Part shown: in pieces, positions 47,783 to 60,200 of the stretch | Layout of the letters: every line of letters starts with the position of its first letter | Position numbering within the stretch: position 1 is the stretch's first letter | NCBI GenBank assembly: GCA_043747615.1 | Contig: JAYTOU010000038.1 | Span: forward strand, 32,001 to 96,000 | Source of the DNA: Myxococcales bacterium | GTDB taxonomy: Bacteria > Myxococcota_A > Polyangia > Polyangiales > Polyangiaceae | Direction: 5' to 3' | DNA: 64,000 nucleotides | Notes under the pieces: model-generated | The model's input: only the letters and a program-made list of their open reading frames with translations | What the model was told of the DNA's origin: nothing | Databases searched by the model: none | Translations under genes and position numbers: made by a program

Positions 47783-49807
47783 CTAGTTCACGACGAAGAT
47801 GCGCGTCTGACGCGGCGGGATCATCGCGTTCGGACCGGAGGCGACGGTGCCCGTCAATAGCTCGGTCATTGGCACCGCGGGGAGCATGGAGACGGACTGC
47901 GCGGTGTCGCCACGGTTGATCGCGACGTAGACGACGTCTCCGGTGGTGGTCATGGAGTAGACCCACAAATCGGGCGTCGCGGTGAGTGTGGAGCGGTGGC
48001 CTCGGCGGAGCGCGGGATGCGCCGCGCGGATGGTGGTCAGCGCCTTGATGCGATCATGGAGGTAGGTCTGATCAGTGGTGAGGCCCGTCCACTGCATCTT
48101 CCGGCGGTTGTCCGGATCGCCCGCGCCCGGGAGGCCGATCTCGTCGCCGTAGTAGACGAGCGGAGCCCCCTTGTTGGTGAGGAGCAGCGCGAACGCGTTT
48201 CCAACGCGCTCGAACGGTGAACGAGAGCTCGGGAGCTGCGGCTGATTCGACCAGGAGAGATTCTTCCCGTCGTCCCCCTGCCCGCTCCACAAGGCCGGAT
48301 CTTGCGCCAGGTGGATGATGCGCGGCAGATCGTGGTTGCCGATGAACGTGCTCATGACGGCGGTGGAGCCGTAGAAGCTCTCGTTCGTGTCCATGTACGC
48401 CGCGAGATCGTTCATCCCCGTGTACTGGCGCATGATCACCGCTTCGGTGACCCTCTTGCGCAGGGGGAAATCGAACTGCCCATCGAGCTTCGCAGAGGGA
48501 TCCACGAACGACTTGATGAAATCGCGGTTCTCGAAATCGTAGGTCTCGCCCACCATGTAGAAGCGCTGGGGAATGGTCTGACCGGCGATGACTTGCGTGC
48601 CGATCGCGCTACGGAGCTGGGTGAGCCAGCTCGTGTCCACGTGCTTGATGGCGTCGAGACGGAAGCCGTCGATTCCGGTGTTCTTCACCCAGTCGACGGC
48701 ATTCTGCACCATGAAATCGCGGGCTGCGCCGTTGGTGTAGTTCCAGTGCGGGAGGTAGTCGGTGAACCAGCAGCGCTGGTATTGCGTGTCCCAGCTGCAG
48801 TTCTGCCCGCAGATGCAGTCGCCGCCGTTGAACGAGTTCGGCCAGAACCAATCGTTGTGCGCGGCGTAGAGCGCGCTCGAGATGTGCACGTGCACCATCG
48901 CGTAATCGAAGAGCACCTTGAGGTTCTTGGCGTGCGCGGCAATGACGAGATCCTTCAGCTCCTGCATAGTGCCGAAGCACCCTTCGGGCTGCGCGGGATC
49001 CTTCGGCCAGTAGCCGTGGTAAGCCGAATAGTTGTGGGTGTCGCCGCCGGTGCCGTGGCCAGCCACGTTGTCGGCGTTCTGCACGGGCACCGTGATCCAC
49101 AGGGTGTTCACGCCGAGATCGGTGAAGTACCCGGCGTTGATCTTCTGGGTGACGCCGAGCCAGTCGCCGCCTTTGTAGTCACCGGGGCCGTCGGTTCCAG
49201 CGACGCTGCAGTTGTTGCCGGGGTTCCCGTCGAAGAACCGATCGACGAAGACGAAGTACATGACGGAGTCGCGCCAGTCGTAGACGCCCGGCGGCGGAAC
49301 GGGCGGCTCGGCGCACGTAAAGTCGGTGCACGAGACGGGGACCGATAGGCTGTTCGTGTTCCCGCTTCCGTCCGAGTAGACGGCGGTGTTGACCGGATCG
49401 AGCGTCCAGGTGGTGTTGTTCACGAAGAACTTGTATTGTACAGGCTTCTGGAACGGGACCGCGACCGACACCGTCCACTTGGCCCCCGAGTGGGTCATCG
49501 GGTCGCCCTTCTGCCAGGCGCCATCGCGGTAGTCGCCGCGGAGCTCGACGCTCGTCTCGCCGCCGAAGGGAAAGGTGAACGTCGATGCGCAGCGCTTCAG
49601 GTCGTCCGGACAGATGAAAGCGCCCGCGTCGCTGCCGCCGTTTCCCGAGCCGTAGCCGTCTCCGTTGCCGCCGTTTCCCGGGTTGAACGCCGACGCGTCG
49701 GGGGGGCTCCCGAAGTCTTTGTTCTTCGTGTCACTGCTTCCGCATGCGGCGAAGGCCGTTGCGGCGGCGAAAAAAGCGGTGGTGGCCAGGATGCGGGCGG
49801 TGGTCAT
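47783..49807 (-). CDS. GH13 lipoprotein with CBM48-like domain
   Basis: FAA-C lipobox; VELRGDY..W..VQYKFFVN..W..DP; DGFRLDAIKH, VGE, FIGNHD. Confidence 0.92.
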   Translation of the reverse strand: MTTARILATTAFFAAATAFAACGSSDTKNKDFGSPPDASAFNPGNGGNGDGYGSGNGGSDAGAFICPDDLKRCASTFTFPFGGETSVELRGDYRDGAWQKGDPMTHSGAKWTVSVAVPFQKPVQYKFFVNNTTWTLDPVNTAVYSDGSGNTNSLSVPVSCTDFTCAEPPVPPPGVYDWRDSVMYFVFVDRFFDGNPGNNCSVAGTDGPGDYKGGDWLGVTQKINAGYFTDLGVNTLWITVPVQNADNVAGHGTGGDTHNYSAYHGYWPKDPAQPEGCFGTMQELKDLVIAAHAKNLKVLFDYAMVHVHISSALYAAHNDWFWPNSFNGGDCICGQNCSWDTQYQRCWFTDYLPHWNYTNGAARDFMVQNAVDWVKNTGIDGFRLDAIKHVDTSWLTQLRSAIGTQVIAGQTIPQRFYMVGETYDFENRDFIKSFVDPSAKLDGQFDFPLRKRVTEAVIMRQYTGMNDLAAYMDTNESFYGSTAVMSTFIGNHDLPRIIHLAQDPALWSGQGDDGKNLSWSNQPQLPSSRSPFERVGNAFALLLTNKGAPLVYYGDEIGLPGAGDPDNRRKMQWTGLTTDQTYLHDRIKALTTIRAAHPALRRGHRSTLTATPDLWVYSMTTTGDVVYVAINRGDTAQSVSMLPAVPMTELLTGTVASGPNAMIPPRQTRIFVVN

Positions 49808-49828
49808 CGGAGGTCGTCCTGAGCGAAA

Positions 49829-51973
49829 TCAGCGCGCACACGTGCTGGCGGCGGGCACGTACACCTGCACGGAGAATGGCGCGGGTTCAAGGTTTGTCAA
49901 CTCAGGGCTGAGTGACGCATGCGATCCCTCGAGAAGATCCTGGTAATCGCCGCCTTCGATTCCGGGAAGCGGCACGGACAACGGGGCCACGGGGTTGCGC
50001 GTGACGACCACGATCGCACGCCCCCCCGACGCGGACTCGCGCGCGTAGATCAGATGCTCGGCATCGGTGTAGAGCGTCCGGTAGGTACCGCGGCGAAGCG
50101 CTTCGGAGCAGGCGCGCGCGCGGCCGAGAGCAGCCATCTTGGCCCGGGTCTGCTTCTGTAGTGCGGAGAGATCCGCCTCTGCAGGCATCACGTGACGCGA
50201 GTCCGGATCGGCGCGGCCCGCGAGCCCGATCTCGTCACCGTAGTAGACGACCGGCGCGCCAGGGAGCGTGAACACCAGACCGAGCGCGAGCTGCTGTTTG
50301 GCGTACACCCGGGGGTCGATGGACTGCGCGGCGGAGACCCAGCCGTCCCCGTCCGCGTCGCCCGCGCTCACCGAAGCAAAGCGCGAGACGTCGTGATTGC
50401 CGATGGTCAGCCCCATCACCGCGCCCGATCCGTTCCAGGTCTCCTCGCCGATATGCACGGTGGTCTCGAGGTCGGTCATCGGTGCGCTCATCTCGGCGAT
50501 CGTCCGGCGCAGAGACCACATGAGCGGAAAATGAAATTCGCTGTCGAGCCCGAACGGCCCAAGCTCGTAGCGAAGAAGTCCGTAGCCGCCCGGGCCGGTG
50601 AAGTTCTCGCCAAGGAGGAGCGTCTTGTGTCCGGGGTAGTCGTAGCGTGCGCGCACCGCCGCGGCGATTCGTCGTGACGCAGCTCGGGGCATCATGGGCA
50701 CGGCGTCGATACGCAGCCCATCACCATCGAAGCGATCCAGCCAGAAAAGCACGTCGTCCGTGATCTGATCCGCCACGGCGGGCTTCGTCCAATCGAGATC
50801 CGGAAGGTACGGCGCGAACCAGCAGTCGAGAATGTGAGAGGCCCAGTCGCAGGTGCCGGTGCCACAAATGCATTTGCCACCCGGGTCGTTGAACCAATCG
50901 TCCGTGGCGTGCTTCTGCACGTAGGGGTGCTGCTCGTGCACGTGGTTGGGAACGACGTCGAAGATCACCCGAAGCCCGCGGGCGTGGGCCGCGGCGATGA
51001 GGGCGTCGAGATCCGCTTCGCTGGCGACCGCGGGCTCGAGGGCGCGTGAGTCGACGGGCCAGTAGCCGTGGTAGCCCGAGTAGGGTCGTCCGTCGTTGCC
51101 GGGAAACGTTCCCTCCGGATTCTTGTAGAGCGGGCTCAGCCAGATCGTGTTGATCCCCAGCTGGGTGAGCTCACCGCTCTCGATGGCCGAGCGCACGCCG
51201 CGAAGATTTCCGCCGGCCCGCAGCGAAGGGAGCGCTGGCGCGGGAAGAGCGCCCTTTTCGTTCCGATAACGATCGACCATCACTTGGTAGATGACGCTGT
51301 CGCGAACGTCGAACGGCGTCTTCTCGATCCACAAGGTGGCAAGCGATCCGGCGGCGTCGTGGCCCGCGCTGTCCTTGGCGGCGACGCGGATCGTGTGCTT
51401 GCCTGGAGCGAGCGCGCCGAAGGTGAGGGTCAGCGTTCCTTTCTGGGGATCAGCCTCGACGCGGTCGGGAATGATGACGTCGCCGCTCCGCTCTGTCGCC
51501 CGGATGGATGCCGGATCGAGGGGATTTCCCGCGCGAGAAGCGAGAAAAGATGCGGCAACGCGGGCGTGACCGTCCATCGATCCGTCTGCAGACTCGACGC
51601 GCACCGCGGGCTCGTCGCAGCTTGGCGTTGAGAGCCACGCGACCTCGTGACCCTCGTGAAACGCGCTCGTGGGGACGTTGGGATCGCTTATCCACACGCC
51701 GTCTTCGACGATCCCGTACGCGTTTTCTCCGGGCGGAAGATCGTACGTCGTCGCGCGCCATCCATCGGCGCGGTCCGTCGAAAGGACACGGCCCGGTCGT
51801 TTCCAAGTTTCCCAGCTGGCCACGATCTCCACCGTCGACGCCGGGCTTGCCGCACGATGCCAGATCGTCAGAGCGCACGAGCGCGCGGGGATGGCCGGCC
51901 CAGCCGGAGCATCATGGCAGGAGACGCCCGTGGTGAGGACGAGCGCAAGAAGCAGAGGCGCGTGGCGTCGCAC
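49829..51973 (-). CDS. GH13 lipoprotein with E-set and Ig-like domains
   Basis: GVS-C lipobox; YHGYW, DVVPNH, DGLRIDAVPM, LGE, IGNHD. Confidence 0.9.
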   Translation of the reverse strand: MRRHAPLLLALVLTTGVSCHDAPAGPAIPARSCALTIWHRAASPASTVEIVASWETWKRPGRVLSTDRADGWRATTYDLPPGENAYGIVEDGVWISDPNVPTSAFHEGHEVAWLSTPSCDEPAVRVESADGSMDGHARVAASFLASRAGNPLDPASIRATERSGDVIIPDRVEADPQKGTLTLTFGALAPGKHTIRVAAKDSAGHDAAGSLATLWIEKTPFDVRDSVIYQVMVDRYRNEKGALPAPALPSLRAGGNLRGVRSAIESGELTQLGINTIWLSPLYKNPEGTFPGNDGRPYSGYHGYWPVDSRALEPAVASEADLDALIAAAHARGLRVIFDVVPNHVHEQHPYVQKHATDDWFNDPGGKCICGTGTCDWASHILDCWFAPYLPDLDWTKPAVADQITDDVLFWLDRFDGDGLRIDAVPMMPRAASRRIAAAVRARYDYPGHKTLLLGENFTGPGGYGLLRYELGPFGLDSEFHFPLMWSLRRTIAEMSAPMTDLETTVHIGEETWNGSGAVMGLTIGNHDVSRFASVSAGDADGDGWVSAAQSIDPRVYAKQQLALGLVFTLPGAPVVYYGDEIGLAGRADPDSRHVMPAEADLSALQKQTRAKMAALGRARACSEALRRGTYRTLYTDAEHLIYARESASGGRAIVVVTRNPVAPLSVPLPGIEGGDYQDLLEGSHASLSPELTNLEPAPFSVQVYVPAASTCAR

Positions 51974-51997
51974 GGAGTCCGTCGAGGATGACCGATT

Positions 51998-52636
51998 TCA
52001 AGCCCCCGCGGTATAGAGCGCGTAGATCGACCCCCAGGCCATCGTCAGGAGCACGAGAAAAAGACTGATCACCACCCACTCGGCGCGCTTCAACGCCCGC
52101 TGGCTCGCGATGACGCCCCACCCCATCGCGAACGAGCCGAGCCCATTGGCGAGGTGATAGGCGGTGCCGAGGCTGCCGAGGAGATAGACGACCAGCGTCG
52201 GGGTGTGGAAATGCATCTCGTGAGAAATGCTCGCGAAGGTCTCCGCGTGCCCCTCGATCAGCCGCGGATGAATCATCGCTAGCCACAAGTGCGCGCCGAT
52301 GAAAAGCGCCACCCCAACCGCGCTGAGACGCTGCAGAGCAAACTTCAGGTTGGAGTAGTAGCGGTAACGAAGGTTGTTCGGCTTGGCCATGAGGATCCGC
52401 CCGATGCCCCACACGGTGTGGATGGCGAGCGGCGCGAGGACCACGATCATCGTTGCGATGTGGGCGACAGGATGCGGGTAGGTAGTGACGGCCTCGCTCC
52501 AGGCTTCGCCGCCACGAAAGGCCGCGAGGTTGTGCCAGAGATGAAGCATCGTCCAGAGTCCGAGCGGAAGCACCGCGAGGAGCGAGCCCAGGCGTGCCCG
52601 AAGAAAACCTACGCGACCGCTCGGCGCATCTGACAT
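51998..52636 (-). CDS. Succinate dehydrogenase cytochrome b558 subunit-like protein (orphan)
   Basis: RLGSLLAVLPLG..HL, LQRLSA, four TM His (MLHL, AIHT, GAHL, AYHLANG), MGWG. Confidence 0.78.
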   Translation of the reverse strand: MSDAPSGRVGFLRARLGSLLAVLPLGLWTMLHLWHNLAAFRGGEAWSEAVTTYPHPVAHIATMIVVLAPLAIHTVWGIGRILMAKPNNLRYRYYSNLKFALQRLSAVGVALFIGAHLWLAMIHPRLIEGHAETFASISHEMHFHTPTLVVYLLGSLGTAYHLANGLGSFAMGWGVIASQRALKRAEWVVISLFLVLLTMAWGSIYALYTAGA

Positions 52637-52690
52637 GGTAGGACGGATGTAGGGCTTGGCGCGTCGCGTTGACAAGCTAAACTGCTCGCA

Positions 52691-54142
52691 GTGACATTCG
52701 TAGCTCCCGCGCTCGCCGCGCTTCCTGCTCTTTTAGCTCTTGCGGTCGTCTCGCTCCCCACCACAGCGTACGCTCAGCTCGCACCGCATCCACGGGTTGC
52801 GGGTACGGAGCTGAACGCCGTCGAGCTCGCACCGCGAGTGGGCTCGTCAGACAACGATCGCCGCGATTGGCGGCAGATCGCCTGGAACGATCTCGCGAAG
52901 ACCACCCTCGCCGCGGGGCCCTACGTCGTTCGTTTTCAAGTGGCTGGCGGAGAGCATCTGGCGCTCGAAGTCCCCGTTTGCGCGGGGCGTGGACGCGTGC
53001 TCGTCGACGGCGTTGCGGTGACGACGGCTGCCGGACCTCTGGTTCTCCCGCTCCCTCCACGCCCTGCAGAAGCGCATCAAGTGGAGATCGAGCTGACTGT
53101 CGGCGGCTACGAGCATCGCGTGGCGTGCGGCGGCGCTCCACGATTCGGCGCGCAGGTCGACACCCGCGAAGGCCTCGGAGTCATCACCTTCCCCTCAGCG
53201 TACGGCGCGCTCGGCGGCGGAAAAGCAGTGGTGTTCGTGCCTCCCGGTCACGACGGGTCGAAGCCCGGCGCCCTGCTCGTGGGGCTCCATCCGTGGAACG
53301 GCGGAACCTGGACCTACGCCGCTTACGCCGAGCTCCTGCGGGAGGCGACGGCGCGTGACGTGATCTTGCTCATGCCGAGCGGGCTCGGAAATTCATTGTA
53401 TACCGCAAGCGCCGAGGACGAGGCCCTTCACGCCATCGATGCCGTGAGCCACGCCTTACCGGTCGATCCGCGAAGGATATCTCTGTGGGGCGCGTCGATG
53501 GGCGGCGCAGGGGCAACGACGATCGGCTTCCATCACCCCGACAAGTTCGCGACGGTCACCAGCTTCTTCGGAGACTCGAAATACGATCTGTCGACCTACG
53601 TGAAGGCGATCTTACCGGACGAAGCGTCGGCGCACCTGGTCAACGCTCTGGACGTCGTGGACAACGCTCGGAACCTCGGAGTGTGGCTGGTGCACGGCGA
53701 AGACGACCACGTCTCTCCGATCGCCCAGAGCAGCATGCTGGCGCAGGCGCTCACTGATCGCGGCTTCGCTGTTCGTTTCGATCGGGTGCCCCATGCCGGA
53801 CACGAAGGCTCGCTCGCCGCACGCTTTCTCATCGAGCTCGTCGACAAGGCAAGCGAAGCCCACGTTCCTTCTTTTCCGTCGCGGGTGAGCTTTCGCAGCG
53901 TACGCCCCCTGGACGCCTCCGCGTACGGGGTCCACATTTTTCGCACGGGGGGCGACGCGCTCGTCGATCTCGAGCGGCGCGCCGATGGAATTCACGTGCT
54001 CAAGGCGACCAACGTGAAGACGATCGAGCTCACACGCGGGAGCCTCGGGGCCACGGAGGGTGCTCCGATCGTGATCGACGATCCCGCAATCAAAGTCGAG
54101 GTTCGCTGGGAGGCGAGCGTCCCGGTCGTCCTTCCGCACTGA
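52691..54142 (+). CDS. Secreted alpha/beta-hydrolase (esterase/peptidase-like)
   Basis: Signal peptide; GASMGG nucleophile elbow, HGEDD, AGH. Confidence 0.8.
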   Translation: MTFVAPALAALPALLALAVVSLPTTAYAQLAPHPRVAGTELNAVELAPRVGSSDNDRRDWRQIAWNDLAKTTLAAGPYVVRFQVAGGEHLALEVPVCAGRGRVLVDGVAVTTAAGPLVLPLPPRPAEAHQVEIELTVGGYEHRVACGGAPRFGAQVDTREGLGVITFPSAYGALGGGKAVVFVPPGHDGSKPGALLVGLHPWNGGTWTYAAYAELLREATARDVILLMPSGLGNSLYTASAEDEALHAIDAVSHALPVDPRRISLWGASMGGAGATTIGFHHPDKFATVTSFFGDSKYDLSTYVKAILPDEASAHLVNALDVVDNARNLGVWLVHGEDDHVSPIAQSSMLAQALTDRGFAVRFDRVPHAGHEGSLAARFLIELVDKASEAHVPSFPSRVSFRSVRPLDASAYGVHIFRTGGDALVDLERRADGIHVLKATNVKTIELTRGSLGATEGAPIVIDDPAIKVEVRWEASVPVVLPH

Positions 54143-54145
54143 CGC

Positions 54146-55543
54146 ATGTCGCGCGTTCGCCAGGTCATTCTCGTGGCGACGCCGATGGTGGCGGCGGCGA
54201 CCCTGGCCCTCGGTCTTCGCATCGGGGCGCGCGATGCGGTACGCGCCGCCCTCGTCTATTCCGCGCCACCGGCAAAGGCCAGGAGAGGGTTCGCCTGGCA
54301 GGTGCAGGCGATGCGCGAAGAGCTGGGGGTGCGAGAGGTGCTCCCGCTGGCTTCGCTCCGCGTGCACGCGCGCAGCGGATTCAAAGAGGCGACATGGAGC
54401 GGCTCGACCAACGTCGACGGCGTCGCCGAAGTGTGGCTCGATCTTCCGAGCGCGGACGCAGACGACGCCGTGGAGCTCTCCGTGGAGGCCGGGGAAACCC
54501 TTGCGGCGGGGACGGTGCGCTTCGCGAAGGAGGCGCGCCGATGGGGCGAAGGCTCCACGAAACAAGGTGCGTTACCGCCTTCGAGGCGCGATGGAGCGAT
54601 CCTCCTCGACGTCGCGGTGAGCGGGCAAAAGATGACGCCGGGATTTCCGACGAGCCTCTGGGTACGCGCCACCGACGCCATCGGCGGATCGCCACTCGGC
54701 GGCGTTCGCATCGACACCGAGCCCGAGCCCGGCTTGACGTTTGCCACCCCGTCGGTCGTCACGTGCAGCAATGGATGGGTCGAGATTCCAGGAACGGCGA
54801 GCGGGCACGTCATAGGAACCGGTCTGGTTGCAAAAGCAAAAGATGGTCGCGAGGGCCACTGGTATGGCGCGCTCCCGGTGGCTGCGGGCTCGGCGTTCGT
54901 GGCCATCCCCGCGCACGTCGCTCCGAACACGCCGCTGACGCTCGAGGCCGTTCTGCCGACCGTGCGACGACTGGGCTACGCCGAGGTGGATGACGACAAC
55001 GGAAGGGCATTCGCGCAGACGCTCTCTTTCGAGCCTGACTCGGAGGGATTTCTCCGCGCGTCGATCGATCTGCCGGCGCTCGCCGCGGGAGCGTACTGGC
55101 TGGTGACATCGGGAGAGCCGGGCGGCGCGGAGACTCTCACGGGGTCGGCGATAGCCCGGCCCTTTTACGTCGGCGACGCTCCCTTCGGCGATCCGGTCTG
55201 CGGCGCCGGTTCCTCTGTCGCGGTCGCCGAGGCCGGTCACTTCACGCGCACGCTTGCCCTCGACGGCTTCATCGCTACCCGCGCGCCGGCGTGCGCCAAA
55301 CGCGAACGTGGTCGAACGATCGCGCTTTCAGGGCTCCTCTTCGCCGCGGTCCTGGAGACACTTCTCATCGTAAGCGGCGCTCGCTCCAACGCAAAAGAGC
55401 GCGCGCGCGAAGAGCTCGCACTCGGCGGCGAAACCCGTGGAAGCGTGGGTTTTCGTGCGACCTGGCTGCATGTCGCCATCGGCCTTTGCGTAGCTCTCCT
55501 CGGCTTCGCGCTCCTCGCGGCGATGCTCCTCTACCGATCGTAG
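54146..55543 (+). CDS. Hypothetical membrane protein
   Basis: N-terminal anchor, beta-rich middle, two C-terminal TMs; 3 bp after the hydrolase. Confidence 0.7.
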   Translation: MSRVRQVILVATPMVAAATLALGLRIGARDAVRAALVYSAPPAKARRGFAWQVQAMREELGVREVLPLASLRVHARSGFKEATWSGSTNVDGVAEVWLDLPSADADDAVELSVEAGETLAAGTVRFAKEARRWGEGSTKQGALPPSRRDGAILLDVAVSGQKMTPGFPTSLWVRATDAIGGSPLGGVRIDTEPEPGLTFATPSVVTCSNGWVEIPGTASGHVIGTGLVAKAKDGREGHWYGALPVAAGSAFVAIPAHVAPNTPLTLEAVLPTVRRLGYAEVDDDNGRAFAQTLSFEPDSEGFLRASIDLPALAAGAYWLVTSGEPGGAETLTGSAIARPFYVGDAPFGDPVCGAGSSVAVAEAGHFTRTLALDGFIATRAPACAKRERGRTIALSGLLFAAVLETLLIVSGARSNAKERAREELALGGETRGSVGFRATWLHVAIGLCVALLGFALLAAMLLYRS

Positions 55544-55546
55544 CGT

Positions 55547-57226
<1,680 letters not shown>

Positions 57227-57282
57227 CGCGGATAAGTCTACACCCAGTGCGCGGCCGCAGTTTTGCGTCTAAGCTGTAAATC

Positions 57283-60200
57283 GTGCGGTTTCGACGAGCC
57301 CTGACGCTGCTCACTCTGGCGATCACGCTCACGCCCGCGTTTTCGGTCAGCGCCCAGCCGGACTTCGATCCGCGCGGTCGCCACAAGCCGCCGCCGGCGC
57401 CGCATCCTCCGACCCATCCGCAACCGCACGGCCCACAAAGCCCGGCGGCGCCAACGAAGCCCGTCAACTCCGCCACGCCCGACGGCGCATCCGCGGGGGT
57501 GCTCATCGAGCGCTACACGCGCGTCGTTCTCTCTCAGCCCGGCTCGCCGTTTCCACTGCAGCGCCTCGCGCAGCTGTATCGCGACAAGGATGGAAATCTC
57601 GGCGGCCTCGTCACGGATTTCGAGCAGCGCGCGGCGCAGCCTGGACCCGATCAATATCCGTCAACGGTGACGCTCGCTGGAATCTACAAGATCGACGGCC
57701 GCCAAGAAGATGCGGTGAAGACGTACGAAAAAGCGATCGCCCTGAAGGCGAGCGATCCCACGGCGCTGATGGCCCTCGCGCGCGTGCTCCAGGATCGCGG
57801 AGACGCAGCCCCCGCCCGGGCCCGCTACGAACAGGCCCTCTTGCTGCAAACGGTGGCGAGCGACAAAGAGCAAACCCTCCGCACGCTAATGGCTCTCGCC
57901 CTCGATGGAAAGGATTGGGCCGGAGCAAAAGGCTTTCATGTGCAGCTCGTGAAGATGCAGCCGACCAGCCTCTTCGTGAAGGGCGAGCTCGGGCGAGAGC
58001 TCTTCGCGCGCGGTGAGTTCGAACGCTCCGAAGCGGAGTTCAAGGATCTAGTGAACGCCGCCGCGGGGGACAACCGCGCGCTCGCCCCGGCACTGAAGGA
58101 TCTCGGACGAGCGCAGGCAAAGGCCCACAAGAATCAGGAGGCGGTGGCCACTTTAAAAAGGGGCCTGACCGCAGCCGGCGCCGAGGCCGCGGTGCGCGCC
58201 GAGATCTACGAGACCATCACCGAGATCTATCGCGCCGATCAGCAGCTGCCGATCCTCATCAAGCAGATCGAGGACGAGCATCCCACCGACTTCGGTCGGC
58301 TCGCGCTCCTCGGCTCGCTCTACGAGGAAACGGGCGATGCGCTCAATGCCCTGAAGACGTACCAGAAAGCGCTGGCCATCAATCCGCGTCACATCGATCT
58401 CCGCTTGAAGATGATCCGCCTCCTCCAGGGACAAGGGGAGCTCGACAAGGCGATCGCCGAGTACGAAGGGCTTATCCGGTCCGCGCCGAACAATCCCGCG
58501 TTCGTCTTCGAGCAGTGTGATGCGCTCCTCCAGCGCGGCGATCGAGCGCGTGCGCTCAAGCTCCTGAACGAGCTCGAAGCGCGCGCAAGCACCGACGAAG
58601 AAGTGCTCAGCCGCCTGGCGGATTTCTACGGGCGCATCGGGGAGAACGACAAATCACTCCAGGTCCTCACCCGTCTCGCACAAGTGGGCGCAAACGATCC
58701 GTCGCACCTCGTCGATCTCGGCGATCGTTATTTTCAGGACAACAACGTGAGTCTCGCGGTGCAGACGTGGAAGCGGATCTTGCTCACGGTCACGCCGCGC
58801 GCCCGTGCTTTATCGGCGCTCGGAGAGGTGTACCTCGAGCACGAGATGACCTCGGAAGCGCTCCTGGTGTTGAAGGAAGCGCTGTCCCTCGACCCTCAGA
58901 ACCTAGGCTACAAGAAGCAGCTCGCGGGGGCCTTGGAGCGCGCGAAAAATTACCGCGAGGCACGCCTGCTCTGGCAAGAGCTCGCCGATAAGTCGCGCAA
59001 GACGAACGACAAAGTCATGGCTCGAGAAGCGCGAACGCACATGGTGACGCTCTGGGGTCTCGAGCACATCATCGAATCGCAAGTGGCGCCGCTCACCGTC
59101 CAATTCAACGGGAAGCCGCCGGACGTAGAAGCCGGGCGCACGCTGGCCGAAGTGCAGCTTCATCTCCGCAAGCTCTCCGACGCAGAGGCTACGCTTCGCA
59201 GAGTCATCGGGAACGCGCCCGGCGACGCAGACAGCTACCTCGCGCTCGAGCGGGTGCTCGTGCAAGAGGTCAAGCTGCTCGACGCGATCGCCGTCCTCGA
59301 AAAATTGGTGGTCGTGGAACCGAAGCGCGCGCGCGAGCTCTACCAGCGCATGGCGCAGTACGCCCTCCAGCTCTATCGCGACGACGACGCGATCCGGTAT
59401 GCGGCGCGGGCCGTGGAGCTCAATCCGGACGACGCCGAAGGTCACCGCCGACTCGGAGAAATGTACCGCTCGCGGCAAGACAACGAGCACGCGATAAGCG
59501 AGTTTCGGGCGGCCCTCGCCAAGAACGATCGCAACTACATGGTCTACTTCGAGCTGGCCGATCTCCTCCTCTCGAAGGGAGAGACGGACGAAGCGGATCG
59601 CTTGTTTCGCCGGGTGATTCGCGGTGCGCCGGACGAAGAGCTCGTCGCGCGTGCCTCGCGTCTCTCGATGCAAATCAACCTCGGGAAGGGGACGCTCGAG
59701 TCGCTCGAGCAGGAGCTCCTCCCGCTGGCCATCGGCAATCCACAGAAGACGATCTACCGCCGCCTGCTCGTTGAAATTTACGGAAATCTCACCTTTGGCT
59801 TGGTGCAGAAGGTTCGCCACGCCGAGGGCAAAGACGGCGAGGACGCGCGCGTCGCCCTTGAACGCATCCGATCACGAGCCGTAAAACCGTTGCTCGACGC
59901 CTTGGCAGACTCGGATGCGGGTCAGCAGCGAATCGCGATCGACGTCCTCGGGTACGTGCAGAACAAGAACGCAGGGCCTGCGCTTTTTGCTTTTGCGGTG
60001 GGGCCCGCGGAGTCGCAGCTTCGAGCGAGGGCCATGGTGGCCTGCGGCGCGCTTCGCGATCCCGCGCTCCTTCCGAAGTATGGCGCCCTCCTTTTCCCGA
60101 AGGGAGCTCAGCTCGAAGAAGGCACACCGACCGACGCCGTGGCCCTCGCTGCGGTGTGGGGCCTCGCGCGTATGGCGGACAAACGCACGACGACGGATCT

